Positions 26,551-38,512 of a stretch of 64,000 nt of DNA are shown here, one piece after another. Every line of letters begins with the position of its first letter. Position 1 is the stretch's first letter. The stretch is from Lepidodermella squamata. Lineage: Eukaryota; Animalia; Gastrotricha. The notes below the pieces were generated by a model that had not been told where the DNA came from, made no database searches, and saw only the letters and a program-made list of their open reading frames with translations. Location of the stretch: positions 930,001-994,000 of the forward strand of contig JBLDXI010000011.1 in assembly GCA_047495785.1 (NCBI GenBank). Reading direction: 5' to 3'. The translations under genes were made by a program, and so were the position numbers.

Positions 26551-27230
26551 CAGTGTTTTTTTTAAGGAAAAGTTCGGTGTTTACCCAAAACAGTTCGGTG
26601 TTTACACCTATCCGCCTTATATGTACCGGAATTTTTCGGTATAAAATTGCGGGAAATGTATACCGAAAACAGCATTGCCTTCTATCTACAACTATTAGAA
26701 GTAGCGGCTGAAATTTTGGGACAACAAAATTCAGAACTTGCGAGCGAAGCGAGCTTAAATTTCGATTTTATGCTGGAATTTGTGCTGAGAATAGCCTAAA
26801 ATTGCTTTAAAATAACGAAGATATTTCGAAATAAGTTAATGAAAACATTGCAGTTCATACTTCATGCGCGGTGATACTCCGCAGGAATGATTGCTCAATA
26901 ATCTTCACCATCAGATTCGAAAAATTCGCCTTACCAATTTGAAGTAGTGGTGTAGTACCAACTGTGTGAGGCGAAGACCACAGTCAAAGACGCGGGAAAC
27001 GAATCCACTAAGTAGTAAACACATGTGCGAGCGAAGCGAGCAGAAAAATTTAGCATTTTACAGGTATTTTAGGATAATTTTAACGTTGAAAATGCATGAG
27101 ATGAGAGAGTTAGCAAGTTTCCAGACCAAGGTTGATATAGACGCGGGCAGGTTTTGGATTTCGGTGTTTACATCGCCTATTTCCGGTGTTTACATTGTAA
27201 ACCCTGTAAACCCCTTAAAAAAAAACACCG
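26551..27230. mobile_element. Non-autonomous TIR element
   Basis: CAGTGTTTTTTTTAAGG ... CCTTAAAAAAAAACACCG flanked by the direct repeat TCATCAA; GGTGTTTAC subterminal repeats. Confidence 0.7.
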
Positions 27231-28539
27231 TCATCAACTTCAAGGCCGGCTATTCCACTTCCGGGCGTCCTACTCAGGCCGATGTTCCCAACTATGGGGA
27301 CCTACCGTCCGGTGAGGTGACTGTGGGCAGTGGGGTCACTTAGACATGCTAAAAAAAGGTGACTAATGGTGCTTTCACAAATGCGTCCGACGAGCGTCCG
27401 ACGTTTTCGGCGCCCGAAGTTTCGTAATAGGCACCCGAAGCAGCGTAATAGTTGTCCGACGTTTAGATTTTCTTTCACAAACGTGCGCACTTCGTTTCGG
27501 AGGCCCCCAAAACTACCGTCCGAAGTGCGTCCGAACCGAAGTTTGTAGCGCGCACTATTATTACACGCGCACCAATGGACATAAGCGCGCGCGCGCGGCC
27601 ATTTGACTGCTTGACTGGCTGTAAAACACTCAAGCCGTCTTGAATTACGATTAGTCATGAAAATGAGTTCGAAATGTACCGATTTTTCAATGTTTTGTTA
27701 AAGCCGCACGCCGAAAAACTAAGGCCGGCGCGGCAAGAAAAAATTGATGATCATGCGTCTTAATCACATAATTTTTCGATGAAATTTAGATTTTTATGAT
27801 CCGCATCGCATTTCACGTCTCATTATTTAGTTGAATTCAGCATTTACGCTGAAACAGAATTTTTTTTGGAAGAAGGCCAATCCGAAAATTTGCGTGTGAT
27901 TTCTATTTTGATGGCGGCTTCGGTTGAGCCATCACCGAAGTTTTAATTAATATAGAAATTAACAAAAAATGCCGCAACTTTACCCATTATATCATGTCCC
28001 AGAATGGGTTGTGTTGATGCACATTGTACACATACAGACTGGCTTTTCCTTGGGCTATCCCACTCACGGGTATTTACCGTACCATCTTCGATTTTTGGTA
28101 TGCCAAATCACCCCATTTCGGCATGTCAAAGTGACCCCACTCACCCCAGTTGACGGTGCGTAATCTCGCGAGCTTGCATTTGACCTTGCAGCGTGTTGCT
28201 AAATAGAGTGTACACCTCGCCGCACCGACAGCCGGCTTTTTCCTAATTCCTTATTGTTTGTATAGGGTGTAGCGAGTCAAATCGTCGCACCCTCACTATG
28301 CGCGGCATAGGGTGTAGCGAGCAAAATGGTTGCACCCTTAGGGTGTAGCTAGCAAATCGGATGCACCCGCGTGTGGGTGCAAATAGCACACTCGTTTTAC
28401 TAAACCTGATCAAAACTTATCGAAAAGAGTTGTTTTAATTCATAATTTACACTAAAAGACTCCCTCATTAGTATACTCAAATTCTAGGGCCAACAATACA
28501 TTTATTTCTTTGATATCAATGTTTTCAGACTCAATTCGT

Positions 28540-28569
28540 TTAGGGTTAGGGTTAGGGTTAGGGTTAGGG
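28540..28569 (+). repeat. Interstitial telomere-type repeat (TTAGGG)5
   Basis: Five perfect TTAGGG units. Confidence 0.9.
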
Positions 28570-29718
28570 AATCGAAAATGTTTCTTCCACCTATATTTGG
28601 AAATCAGCTGTGTATTTGCTTTTTACGTTCGCGCTCAACAGCTGCTCGCCTCGCATAAGGCCTTGGTAAACAAACAATTTTATTGACAGTTTCTAGCGAC
28701 GGCCTGTTCTTCAAGGCCGCCCAGATGAGGTTCTGAAGTCGAGATAATTCTTTAGATCGGTGATTTAATGGCGTATTGGAATTAAATAGGATTAGACGGG
28801 ATTTATTGCTGCGAGGTTAAGCAGGAGTTGCAGGTTGCAGGTCACAACAGTTGTTTACTGTCACTAAGCCCCAGAAGGTTAGGCAAATTATCGACTTTTG
28901 ATTTTCGAGTAAATACAAACTAAGAGGTTAATTATCGTGTAAATACCTTGAGAAATGACCAGTCATGTATGATTGAGCCAGAAACAAGGCTCGTATGTCA
29001 ACACTAGCTGCGAGACCACCTTACATACTGGGGCATTTGGCTATCAGTCAGTCATGCCGAACGGAACCTGGTGCGAGACCATCGTGAGCAAACTGACACT
29101 CCTTTCTCATTAATATTTTCGCCCCCATGTTGGGGTCCACTGCTGGGGTTGAAATCAGCCATGTAATGTGCTGGATTTATAAGCCCGTCAACTTGACGAT
29201 CGAAATTCAAAATTTAAATTCAAATTTTCTAATCAAAATTAGCTGTGAATTTAGGGAGGTTAAACGACAGTTGGTTAAAACGAATTTTGAAATGACCGGT
29301 TAACACTCGGTTAAAACCGGCTAGTTAAAACCCTGGTTATAACCGTATACCACACTGTTGAATTTACGTTCAAGAGTCGAACGTACTTTCCAGAAAAAAG
29401 CTATAAATAGTAAAGTGGTTGTTTTGGCGCGTCGCTAACGATGTTGAGACTGGTATCTATTGTATTATTAAAAGGCTCTCTATTAGACAAAACACGCATC
29501 TGTGCTGTTTCTCAATTCTCTGAGTGGTTCTACATGTTTACTTGGAAATAATTCCTCTTTAATCTCAGACTTGTATACCAGCGGTTCCCAAACTTGTTGT
29601 CTTGTATGACACAGTAGTGACCTATGAGAATGGCTCGTAGGACACATTGCTGAAATAAATGAAATTTGGTTTGGAATAGGCAACATTTTTCAGCTACAAA
29701 TCGATTGCTTACAGCATA

Positions 29719-29877
29719 CAGTGTGCGAAGTAGGATACGGGAGCAGATGTGTTTTCTATTTCTTTTCTAGGACCCAGCCGAAAGGGTCCCCCCTGTGGTT
29801 TTTTTCAGCCTTACTTTGATTGGAGTCCCGGAGGTGAGGTGTAGCGACACCCCAGAAACCCTGTACTTCGCACCCTG
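29719..29877. mobile_element. Small hAT-like MITE
   Basis: CAGTGTGCGAAGTA ... TACTTCGCACCCTG; ends resemble the MITE at 56152-56299; TSD imperfect. Confidence 0.55.
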
Positions 29878-30186
29878 ATTGCTTGTTTAAAGTGGTTTTT
29901 GATGGCAACCGAGCTCGAAATTGATAAAATCCCCAATAAAATTAAAACCAAGCGCGAGCGAAGCGAGAACATTTTTAGAATTCGATATTACTCAAAAACA
30001 ACGCATAATATCTTAGAAATGAGGCAAAATGCCTTGGGAAATTCACTCATCAATTATAAAATTTCAATTAATCATGTCGGAAATTGAAATCTGTAACGTG
30101 ATTAAATAACAAAGGACATGGACCAGTTTCAAAGATTGATTCTGTCATTTATCGCTTATCAGACATTCAGCCATACCACGCTTGTT

Positions 30187-31996
30187 GGTGGTACGACAAT
30201 TTAGCCCAAGACATAATAGCCCCGACTATTTAGCCCCGACAATATAGCCCCGACAATATAGCCCCGCGACGTTATCTATAACACTAAACGACGAAGGTCC
30301 TCAACAGCTAAATTTGAATTTTCCTTTGTATTTGCCGGCATTGTTAAATAGTATACTTCCACTCACCCGGTAGCCAAGTGCTTAGTGTCATTAGATAGAG
30401 AATAAAAAACTACTCGAGCGAAAAATGCCAGATTTCGAATCCGTCAAATCCGCAGTGTCAAAAATGCCAAAAAACAAATAGAGCGCTTTCTGATTTTGAA
30501 CGCAATTAAATTTAAAATACGAAAACATTTTTAAACAGTTATTTATTTACTAAATCTAATTTTTATTATTTATATTTAAATATTTTCCATGGCGACGCGT
30601 TTGCGGGGAAATTCAAAAATTCCGGTCGCCGGGCGTCGCGTCGCCTGACTCTTGGGGTTCCAGTATCTCAACCAAGGACACGTCGCCGGGGTCGGGGAAT
30701 GCTAAATTCGTGCTCAGCATGGTCGAATTGATAATTAGAGCATGAGAAAGGCAAATAAAACGAAAAAAATTAATTATGTTTATCTCATGCATTGTCGCCA
30801 CTATTCACAGGTACCATGGAAGATAGTCTTGATGTCACTCCTTGAGGGTGGATGACGACTTTAAAAAGCGTCTACCGCTGCTTATCTTACTTAGAGTTGT
30901 TGATTTAGTAGAAATAGGTGGTTAATTAATGTTTTTACACCTCAAGAACGTCATTTGCGAGATGTTGGATGCTCACGTTACGTATCCTTTTTAACCTTAA
31001 CCCCACTCATCCATTGCAAGATCTTCTGAGACTGGCTCAGTTCTGTAGAGCATCTACCAAGATCATTCGATTAATGAATCAACTATGTTGAGTAAGAAAA
31101 ACAACAGTGAAACCTTCGGGGAGTAACCCATCACCCCAAGGAGTGAACTAATCAGCCATGTTACAAGAGTTCTCGCCCGTGCATGAATCTGATATGCTAA
31201 CCTTTTCATAAATTCACATTATTATCTGGGCTTTCTTATAAAATCGACCGTGCTGATGACGAATCTTACGTGCGCTGACCTCGGAGACGTGTCTTTAGAT
31301 GAGAATTTAGAACCCCTCAGTGAAGTCTTCGCGGTTATCAGTGATCCGAAATTTGAGAAAGTTCACCGTGTGTACACATTGGCGCCCGATGCGGGCGCCT
31401 GTTGTTTTACTAGTATCCCAAGAAAATTAATTGTTTCACGCGACAATTTAGCCCCTGCCAATTGAGCCAAAAATCCCCGACAAGATAGCAACGACAAAAT
31501 ATCCCCAGAGAGATGAGCCCGAATTCCTTTATTTTATTCGAAACTTGCTAATTGTTGGTCGAAGCGCTGACGCGCATCTTAGAATTTGTTCCATTCGGTA
31601 TCGAGGTGCCTGAGCCTAGCCGACGAAGAGACGGGTCATAATAGAATCCACTTGCAAAAAGTCGATCATCGGAACCAGCACCACCTGGATATCCACTCGT
31701 TGACGGTTGAGATCTATCAACGCCCACGAATCTGCTGTTGGAAGATCCAGACGCCGACAAGGCCGCTAGTCCGGAACTCGATGCACCCGAGCCCAATTAT
31801 TCTATTTTGGGCTGAAACGTCGGGGATGTTTTGTTCTTGGAAAAAAGTCTTGGGATATATTGTCGCCAAAAATAATCATTTTTATTTGGGCTCATTCATC
31901 TGGGGATATTTTGTCGTCGGGATAGCCCGTCGGGGCTATATTGTCGGGGTTACATTGCCGGGGCTATTTTGTCTTGGGCTATAATGTCGTATAACC
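30187..31996. mobile_element. Non-autonomous GG-terminal TIR element (Mutator-like)
   Basis: Imperfect long TIRs built from TAGCCCCGACAA repeats; 8-bp TSD CGCTTGTT (30179-86, 31997-32004). Confidence 0.8.
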
Positions 31997-33289
31997 CGCT
32001 TGTTCCTGTCCGATTGAAGGTTTTCATAAAATATTTCAAAAATAGGCAACTCGCGAGGGATGCGAGGTTTAGCTGACCGTTTTTCCCGATCTGGAGTCTG
32101 AAAATAGTCAAAAATGCCTTGTTTCTTAGTGTGGATCTATCTTGTCCTTTTTTCATTTTGAGGCCCATAGGACACGAGTTGGCATAGTCACGAGTGTCCT
32201 ATAGCCTATAGGACACGATTTGGGAAACGCTGGCCTATACCATTACAATAGTAATAGTAATATATTGACGGAACAAGATTAAACAAGAAAATGTTGAGCC
32301 AATTTTTTTAGCCGGACGCAACTTTTTTCCGCAGCAAAGATCTTCTTTTCGCAGTTAAATATTTTTCCCGCAGTAAAGACAGTTTTCTGCAGTAAATCGA
32401 CTTTTTCTCGCAGTATAACTTTAAATAATGCAAATTGCCTTGCAAATTTTGTCAAACGATTTCTAGCTCAAAACTGAGTAGGAAAATATATCGCTGTTAG
32501 ACAAGGGTCGAAAGTCACTATGCGTTGATCGAATTATACGAATAAGAGCTAATTATGTCATGTTCTACAACAAATTGAAAGTAGTTTTGGACAGTGGTCA
32601 TTGCTGTATTCAATGATTTTCTATTTCTGCCTAAGCCCCTTGAAACGGTTGTCTTGAATTGCTCAAAACACCGTCGACTCATAAGCCACGGAAGTCTTGT
32701 TTACCTCTAGCTCAAGTAGCTCTTTCCAGGAACGTTCACTTGGATACCTTTTTAACTTGAAAGTATTGGATACTTTTTCTGTCCTGGGAGTCGACGATAA
32801 ACTCCAATCAGAGCTGCTCACTAATTTTAGACGAACAGAATTTTTCCGTCGGAAGTTTAGATTGCATTTGGATAAAATGTTAAGCGTTAAGATGTAATGA
32901 GTAGTCAATCAAAGTAGTGAAATGAGTATTGAAATCAAATAACCAGCGACAAGGCAGCCCGAGTCAAAGGTCGCGTGCCCCGTGCGAGAACAAGGAAAAC
33001 GCTATAAGCCTGTCGGAATGACAAATTTTTGTTTCAATTTTGTGAAAGGAATCGTTTAAAAAAATGTGCAACAAAATGTTCGCTAATTTAGATTATACTG
33101 CGAGAAAAAGTCGATTTGCTGCGGAGAAAAGTCCTTACTGCGCGAAAAAGTGTGTTACTGCAAAAAGAAGATATTTACTGCGGGATAAAGTTTTTTTCTT
33201 TTAGCCGCTATTCACTCAAATCGTGGACTCGTTCGAAAGAATCGTAAGCTCTATTTTCTATTTCACGCGCCAGTGCGCAGCTGCTAGCT

Positions 33290-33691
33290 CAGTGCTTCTC
33301 AACCTTCATTTTTCGGGCCGCATGCGGCCCGCAGCCCGATTTTGTGCGGCCCGGCACTCAACTAGGTAACATGTATTAGTTGCGGCCCGCAAGCCTTTTT
33401 ATCAATCATTTTTGAATAGCTTCAAGGTCCAAGTGATGCCCGGAAGTCCAACTACAGGGTTCCTATGAATCCTCCAATGCATTTTAAGCCCATTTTCAAG
33501 TTGAAAATGCCCAAAAAAGCGTCAGCTAAAGCTTGCTTCGCTCGCGAATTGTTTTTTTCAAGTATTTTTTACGCCGCAAAATTTTTCGGGCAAAATTTTT
33601 CGAACCCAAGCAAAAATCCTGGCATGCGGCCCGCAGGGATGGAAAATGAGTTAGAAAATGGCCCACTATGGAAAAAGGTTGAGAAGCACTG
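33290..33691. mobile_element. hAT (Charlie-like) MITE
   Basis: TIR CAGTGCTTCTCAACCTT, 8-bp TSD TGCTAGCT, TGCGGCCC subterminal repeats. Confidence 0.9.
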
Positions 33692-34117
33692 TGCTAGCTG
33701 TTTACGTCATGCAAATGCTGTTAGGAAACTGAGAAATAGTGGCGGAAAAACGGTGAAAATAATACTCGAATCTACCACTGTACCACTGTATCTACCAGTA
33801 ACACTGATGTATGCGTCAATCACGCGCCGCAATCAAACGTTCCGAGCCTTGTTCTGAGCCGCTCAAGAGTGTGATGGCGTCGATAACGCGACTCACCTGC
33901 CCCGCGCACGAACGTGCGGTGAGCGCTCTATATGCGTATCTGTATCGCGATCGCCATGTCACCTGCGCGAATTCAAGTACACCGCGAAAATTACTAGCGC
34001 GTTACGCAACACTCGACAAGACCTGACCGCGAATTTAAGTACCCGCGAAAATAAGAACAGGCCAATTTTAGGCCCGACCGCGAATTCAAAGTCACCGCGA
34101 AAAAGGGGGTTTTAAGG

Positions 34118-35103
34118 TATCCTGACTCTACTTCATCATATGTGTAGAGCAACCTAAGCCGCCTGTTGTTTTGCTCGATGGTGCGCCGGCTTTAGCAGGT
34201 GCTTTCTGCTATCGAGGACGTGTACGGCGCGGACTTTCTGCAGCAAATGTGTTACGCACTTTTTTTACTAAGTCACAAAAGCACTGTTTTTACAAATGGC
34301 GAGTAATATTAAGGATAACAATAGCATAAGCTATGTTGAGACGGGTATCTATTGTATTATTGAAAGGCTCTCTATTAGACAAAACACGCATTTGTGCTGT
34401 TTCTCAATTCTCTGAGTGGTTCTACATGTTTACTTGGAAATAATTCCTCTTTAATCTCAAAGTTGCAAGACAATAGCACGAACGGTATTTTCGAAATGAA
34501 AAACTTGCTTAAGTAAGGTCTCAAATAATTAATCAAGTTGCGTTGACAAGCAACGCCAATTAACTTCAATGGAGCAATATATTACTATTACTATTGTAAT
34601 TAGCTATTGAAGTATAGAGAATAGATGAGAACATCTATTATGAACCTTGTTCATGTCAGGTTCTCAAATTAAGATGAAAGCTGTGTTTTCAACCGTTTCC
34701 AACCGGACAGACTAAATGGGGAAAGACGAGATGTTACTGGGGTTCCACGCAATACTACACAAAGGCAAGAGGGGCCATGCCGAATGGACCTCATTCCGAC
34801 AGGCCATGGCAGGAGATGACATGCGGCTATAGGTGAATGCAAGCAAGGCCAAGTCGCGTCAGCCCCACTAGTCTGATATGCATGAGTCATGCCGCTTTTT
34901 GAAACGCGCAGCGTAGGTAGTCCGTCACCCAGGGCCGAATTAACGCATAGACGGCACGTGCCTAAAGGCCGCCAGCCAAAAAGGGCCGCCTGAAAGTGGT
35001 GAATTGTTCGCTATTACTAACAATTTCCTGAAGTCTTGTGGGCCTTTATTAGATCGTTATGCTTTGCAGTTGAGAGCCTTTCCAACTGATTTCAACTGTT
35101 ATA
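34118..35103 (+). repeat. Repeat A, copy 1 (left end of unit 1)
   Basis: Direct copy at 51233-52279; inverted copies at 42571-43295 and 60488-61502; fragments at 29442-29566 and 26041-26067. Confidence 0.9.
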
Positions 35104-36746
35104 CAAGCGCGGTAATACGGTATTAATTGCTTATTCAGATTCTGGTTTCCGGCTTTGAAATGAATGCTTTTGCTTGTTAAGAGAGTCAATATCCACGATG
35201 TCGCGAATATCGCTCAATTCTTCACTTTGTGCGTATATGCGTATAATAATAGCAACAGCAACGTGAATATGGTGAATATCATGCTGATTCAGCATTTCCA
35301 ATTTGTTTTTCAAATTTCTCAGAGTTCAAAATTTGTATTCATACAGGTGGGATTATACAGCGCGCGGCGGCCTTGTGTTACCCAAAGCATTCGGCGTTTA
35401 CGAGTCTTATATTTACCGGAATTTTACTGTCCGAAAATTGCAGGAATTGTATACCGATACAAATAGCAATAGCAAAAGCATTCCCCTCTTTCTACAAATA
35501 TTTGAAGTGGCGGGAGGCGGGAGATAAAAACTCCTAAATATGCGAGCGAAGCGAGCTCAAATGATTTATTCCGGAATTCGTGCTGATAATACCTTAAAAT
35601 TGCTCTAAAATAACGGGTCTTACTCTTAGCGTAACCTAATTTGACTGTAGCGGAACAAAATTTGCCTGTTAGCAGAACCCAACTTCGGATTTTTCATAGG
35701 CCTAGAGCCACTTATTGAAGCTTTCAAGATTGTCACGATTTATCAGCATAATTTGAATCATCAAATTCAGCGTAAAATCTGTAAAAGACGCATTCTTTAC
35801 TATAGATTCATGCATTGCCTCAATTTCACAGTATTATTCAAAAAGCGAACTTTCGCTTACCTGAAAATAAGTTCCGCAAAGTGCCGATTTGGTTCCGCTA
35901 AAAGATAATCTGTAAACAGACTAGCCATGGAGAACATACATTTTCAATATGGGTCATCCATCGCAAACGTGTAGGTCGGTCATGTCGATTATCATGGAAT
36001 ATACACACTATAATTATGCCAGACAACACGCTCAGGTCACACTCAGCAGTGCAACTGTTAAAAGAGTAATGACTGTAATGACTTGAATGAATCATTGAAA
36101 TAAATCAAGCTACGCCTGAAATATTGTTGGACGAAATTGTTTACCATTTTATCAAACATACGCAGGCCAGCTTGCGTAGGCCGTGAATCGCGTAGAGCCC
36201 CAATTTCTACCAACAACACAACGACGTATGCCTATTGCCCAGGCCGAAGCTGATCCCTCGTCGTCCACAGTACCCTAAACCCGCAAGGGTAAAAGGCATA
36301 ATATCACCATCAACGATTTTCAACCTCGCGACGAAACATGCGACAATGTTGCGAAAATGGCGACACGCGCGACATCGCCGAGTCCGTGAACCCAGCTGAA
36401 CGTGTAGGATTCATCTTTCATCCAAGATACTTGCAACTATTGAATAGGAAAGATGCATCTTCACATGTCTGACGCGTCTATTTCACAGCTACATGACATA
36501 AACTTCTGATCTACATCCAACCCAGATGCATCCCACTTTTGTTCTTCGGCAGTCTGACGTGAGCGTTTCTTCAAGATCTACTTCTGACATGCACGCCAAG
36601 ATTTATCAGTCCTGTGGTCTCTTTCTGTCCTGACTAAGAGCAACGCTAATTTTTATGAATTAAAGCGTCTCCTCAAATCTCAGCAATAATTCTTCACTTC
36701 AGTTTCTGCAGTGACGGTTCGACACGGCCGACAACCCCAGTTATAG

Positions 36747-36754
36747 TATATAAA
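36747..36754 (+). promoter_or_regulatory. TATA box of the Cys/Thr-rich gene
   Basis: TATATAAA ~70 nt upstream of ATG 36823, Inr-like TCATT near 36786; conserved in the mirror copy. Confidence 0.6.
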
Positions 36755-36822
36755 TCGCGATCCTTGCAGCTTTATTCTCACGATTTCATTTTCATTTCAA
36801 TCACTTCAGCTCTCAATATAAA

Positions 36823-37776
36823 ATGGTTATCTCAGGAGGGGTGATATTTGCGATTGTTATTGCTGCAGCAAACGCATGCCCTGCATCAACTTCAACTCCG
36901 TGCCCAACCGGCTCGTCATCTTGCCCTTCAGGTCAATCATGCGCAGCTTCAACTTCGACTTGCTCATCTCCGAACCAATGCGTTACCTCTACCCAGGCGT
37001 GCACAGATAGCACTAAAAGCTGCTTAACAACTGTAATTCTTTTTTGCATCAACTATTTGTGCCATGGCGGATTATGTATTTATTCCTTCCCCTAATTGGA
37101 TGTCGTTGTTGTGAAACGCTAATTTCAATCGTATTATCTAGCCCGTCTACAATCTTTGTCAAATAACGACCCAAGGCGGTTCGGGTACCAGCCAGACGAA
37201 TTTGAAATTCTGCATCGATAACGCGGGAGCCTGTACCCAATTAACTGGCGCAACAGTATGGACACACTAAGATCGCATTCTCTTTGACTTATCAATTGCT
37301 TTTCAGCAAGTAACACCAACCCCGAACACGTACACTACCTTTGCCCTATGCTGTGCCGCGACAACTCCAACAACCGCGAACATTATGTACGAGCAAGCTG
37401 TTATCACGGGCCCACCGGTAGCCTATGCAACGGTTTGCATCGGTGCCGCTTCCTCGACGCCCTATCTGGTTACCGGGACATCTGCCACGGCCACGACCGG
37501 CAACTGCGTCCGTTTTCCGCATACAGCTGGTGGTTCATCTGACGTCCTTCTAACAAGCGGTGTGGTAAGATCATAATATGCAATTTACAATACAGCTCTG
37601 TATGACCGTGAAACTTTGAACAGACAATCAAGGTTTCGCCCACAACCTATTCTTTTGCCAATTACGGCGCCTGTTGCCAGGCTCTCGGTTCTACTCCAGC
37701 GAGCGCGGTGCCGGCAACCTCAACTGTCAGTGTCTACGGACTAACAGTCGAAAAATGCACAGGGAACAATTCCTAG
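36823..37776 (+). CDS. Predicted secreted Cys/Thr/Ser-rich protein, ~206 aa, 3 exons (36823-37032, 37307-37564, 37624-37776)
   Basis: Signal-peptide-like MVISGGVIFAIVIAAANA; two phase-0 GT-AG introns join into one open frame ending CTGNNS*; TATA upstream, AATAAA at 37940-45; only synonymous differences from copy 2. An alternative in-frame exon-3 acceptor exists at 37680. Confidence 0.8.
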
Positions 37777-38512
37777 TGCTAATAACTCGAAATATTGCCA
37801 AAAAGCCGTTATTTCGCAATGGCAAGATTGGTCTTTTAAACGAACGAATGAGAAGATCAATAAGTTTTACATTTCCAATGCTGACAAGATAATATGGTAC
37901 TTTTGCTTTTAAACTTCTCGCGTTCTTTTTTTCTTGCAAAATAAACTTTATCATAGACTACGTTAAATGTGATTCTTTGAAGAGGTAAATTTCATTCATT
38001 TCCTTGCTCTATCATTCTTTACTCTCTCAACATTTCAAAAGAAACATTCTTCTATGAATAATCGTCATCTGTTCCTCGTGACGACACGTATTACTGGCTG
38101 GTCTTACTGGTGAATCTATCGGCCAATGTTTTTGATAGATCGTAATAAAACGAATAGAAACCTATCAATTTTCTTAATTTAGGACAATAAAATTGAGATG
38201 TGCTCGAGAATTAAATAAGTTAGTTTATATTAGCGCTGTTTAGTTGTCTCAATCGCAACTTTGGAATATTTTCACTTGTCACCATTCCAAGAATATTCCT
38301 GAAAAACATTTTTCTCACGCAGAATGCTTGTCCTGTTTCATTTTGATAGAGTAACAACATTGCGGCAAGAGAATTCCAATCCCATTCATTTTTCTAAATG
38401 AGTTAACGCTTGTTCAAAATGAATTAACGCATTACAAGTTTCTTTGAGTAAATGTTGTTTACGAAACGTAAAACGTAACGCATTTATTCCAACGTTTCGG
38501 TTATATTGGATA

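Noticed and set aside
30200-30270. Short repeat arrays as a CRISPR-like array (also 345-400, 23585-23720)
   Set aside because: No unique spacers and no cas genes; they look like transposon subterminal repeats in a eukaryotic context.
32314-33198. Element with inverted TACTGCG..AAAAG arrays and a TTTTAGCC direct flank
   Set aside because: Probably a decayed TIR element, but the termini do not pair cleanly.
34375-34569. 64-aa ORF repeated four times (also 43087, 51552, 60994)
   Set aside because: Starts at TTG rather than ATG and has no motif; recurrence simply reflects repeat A.
37348-37542. Alternative exon-2 frame (MLCRDNSNN...)
   Set aside because: Incompatible with the phase-0 exon 1 donor; the other frame joins cleanly and matches the composition.
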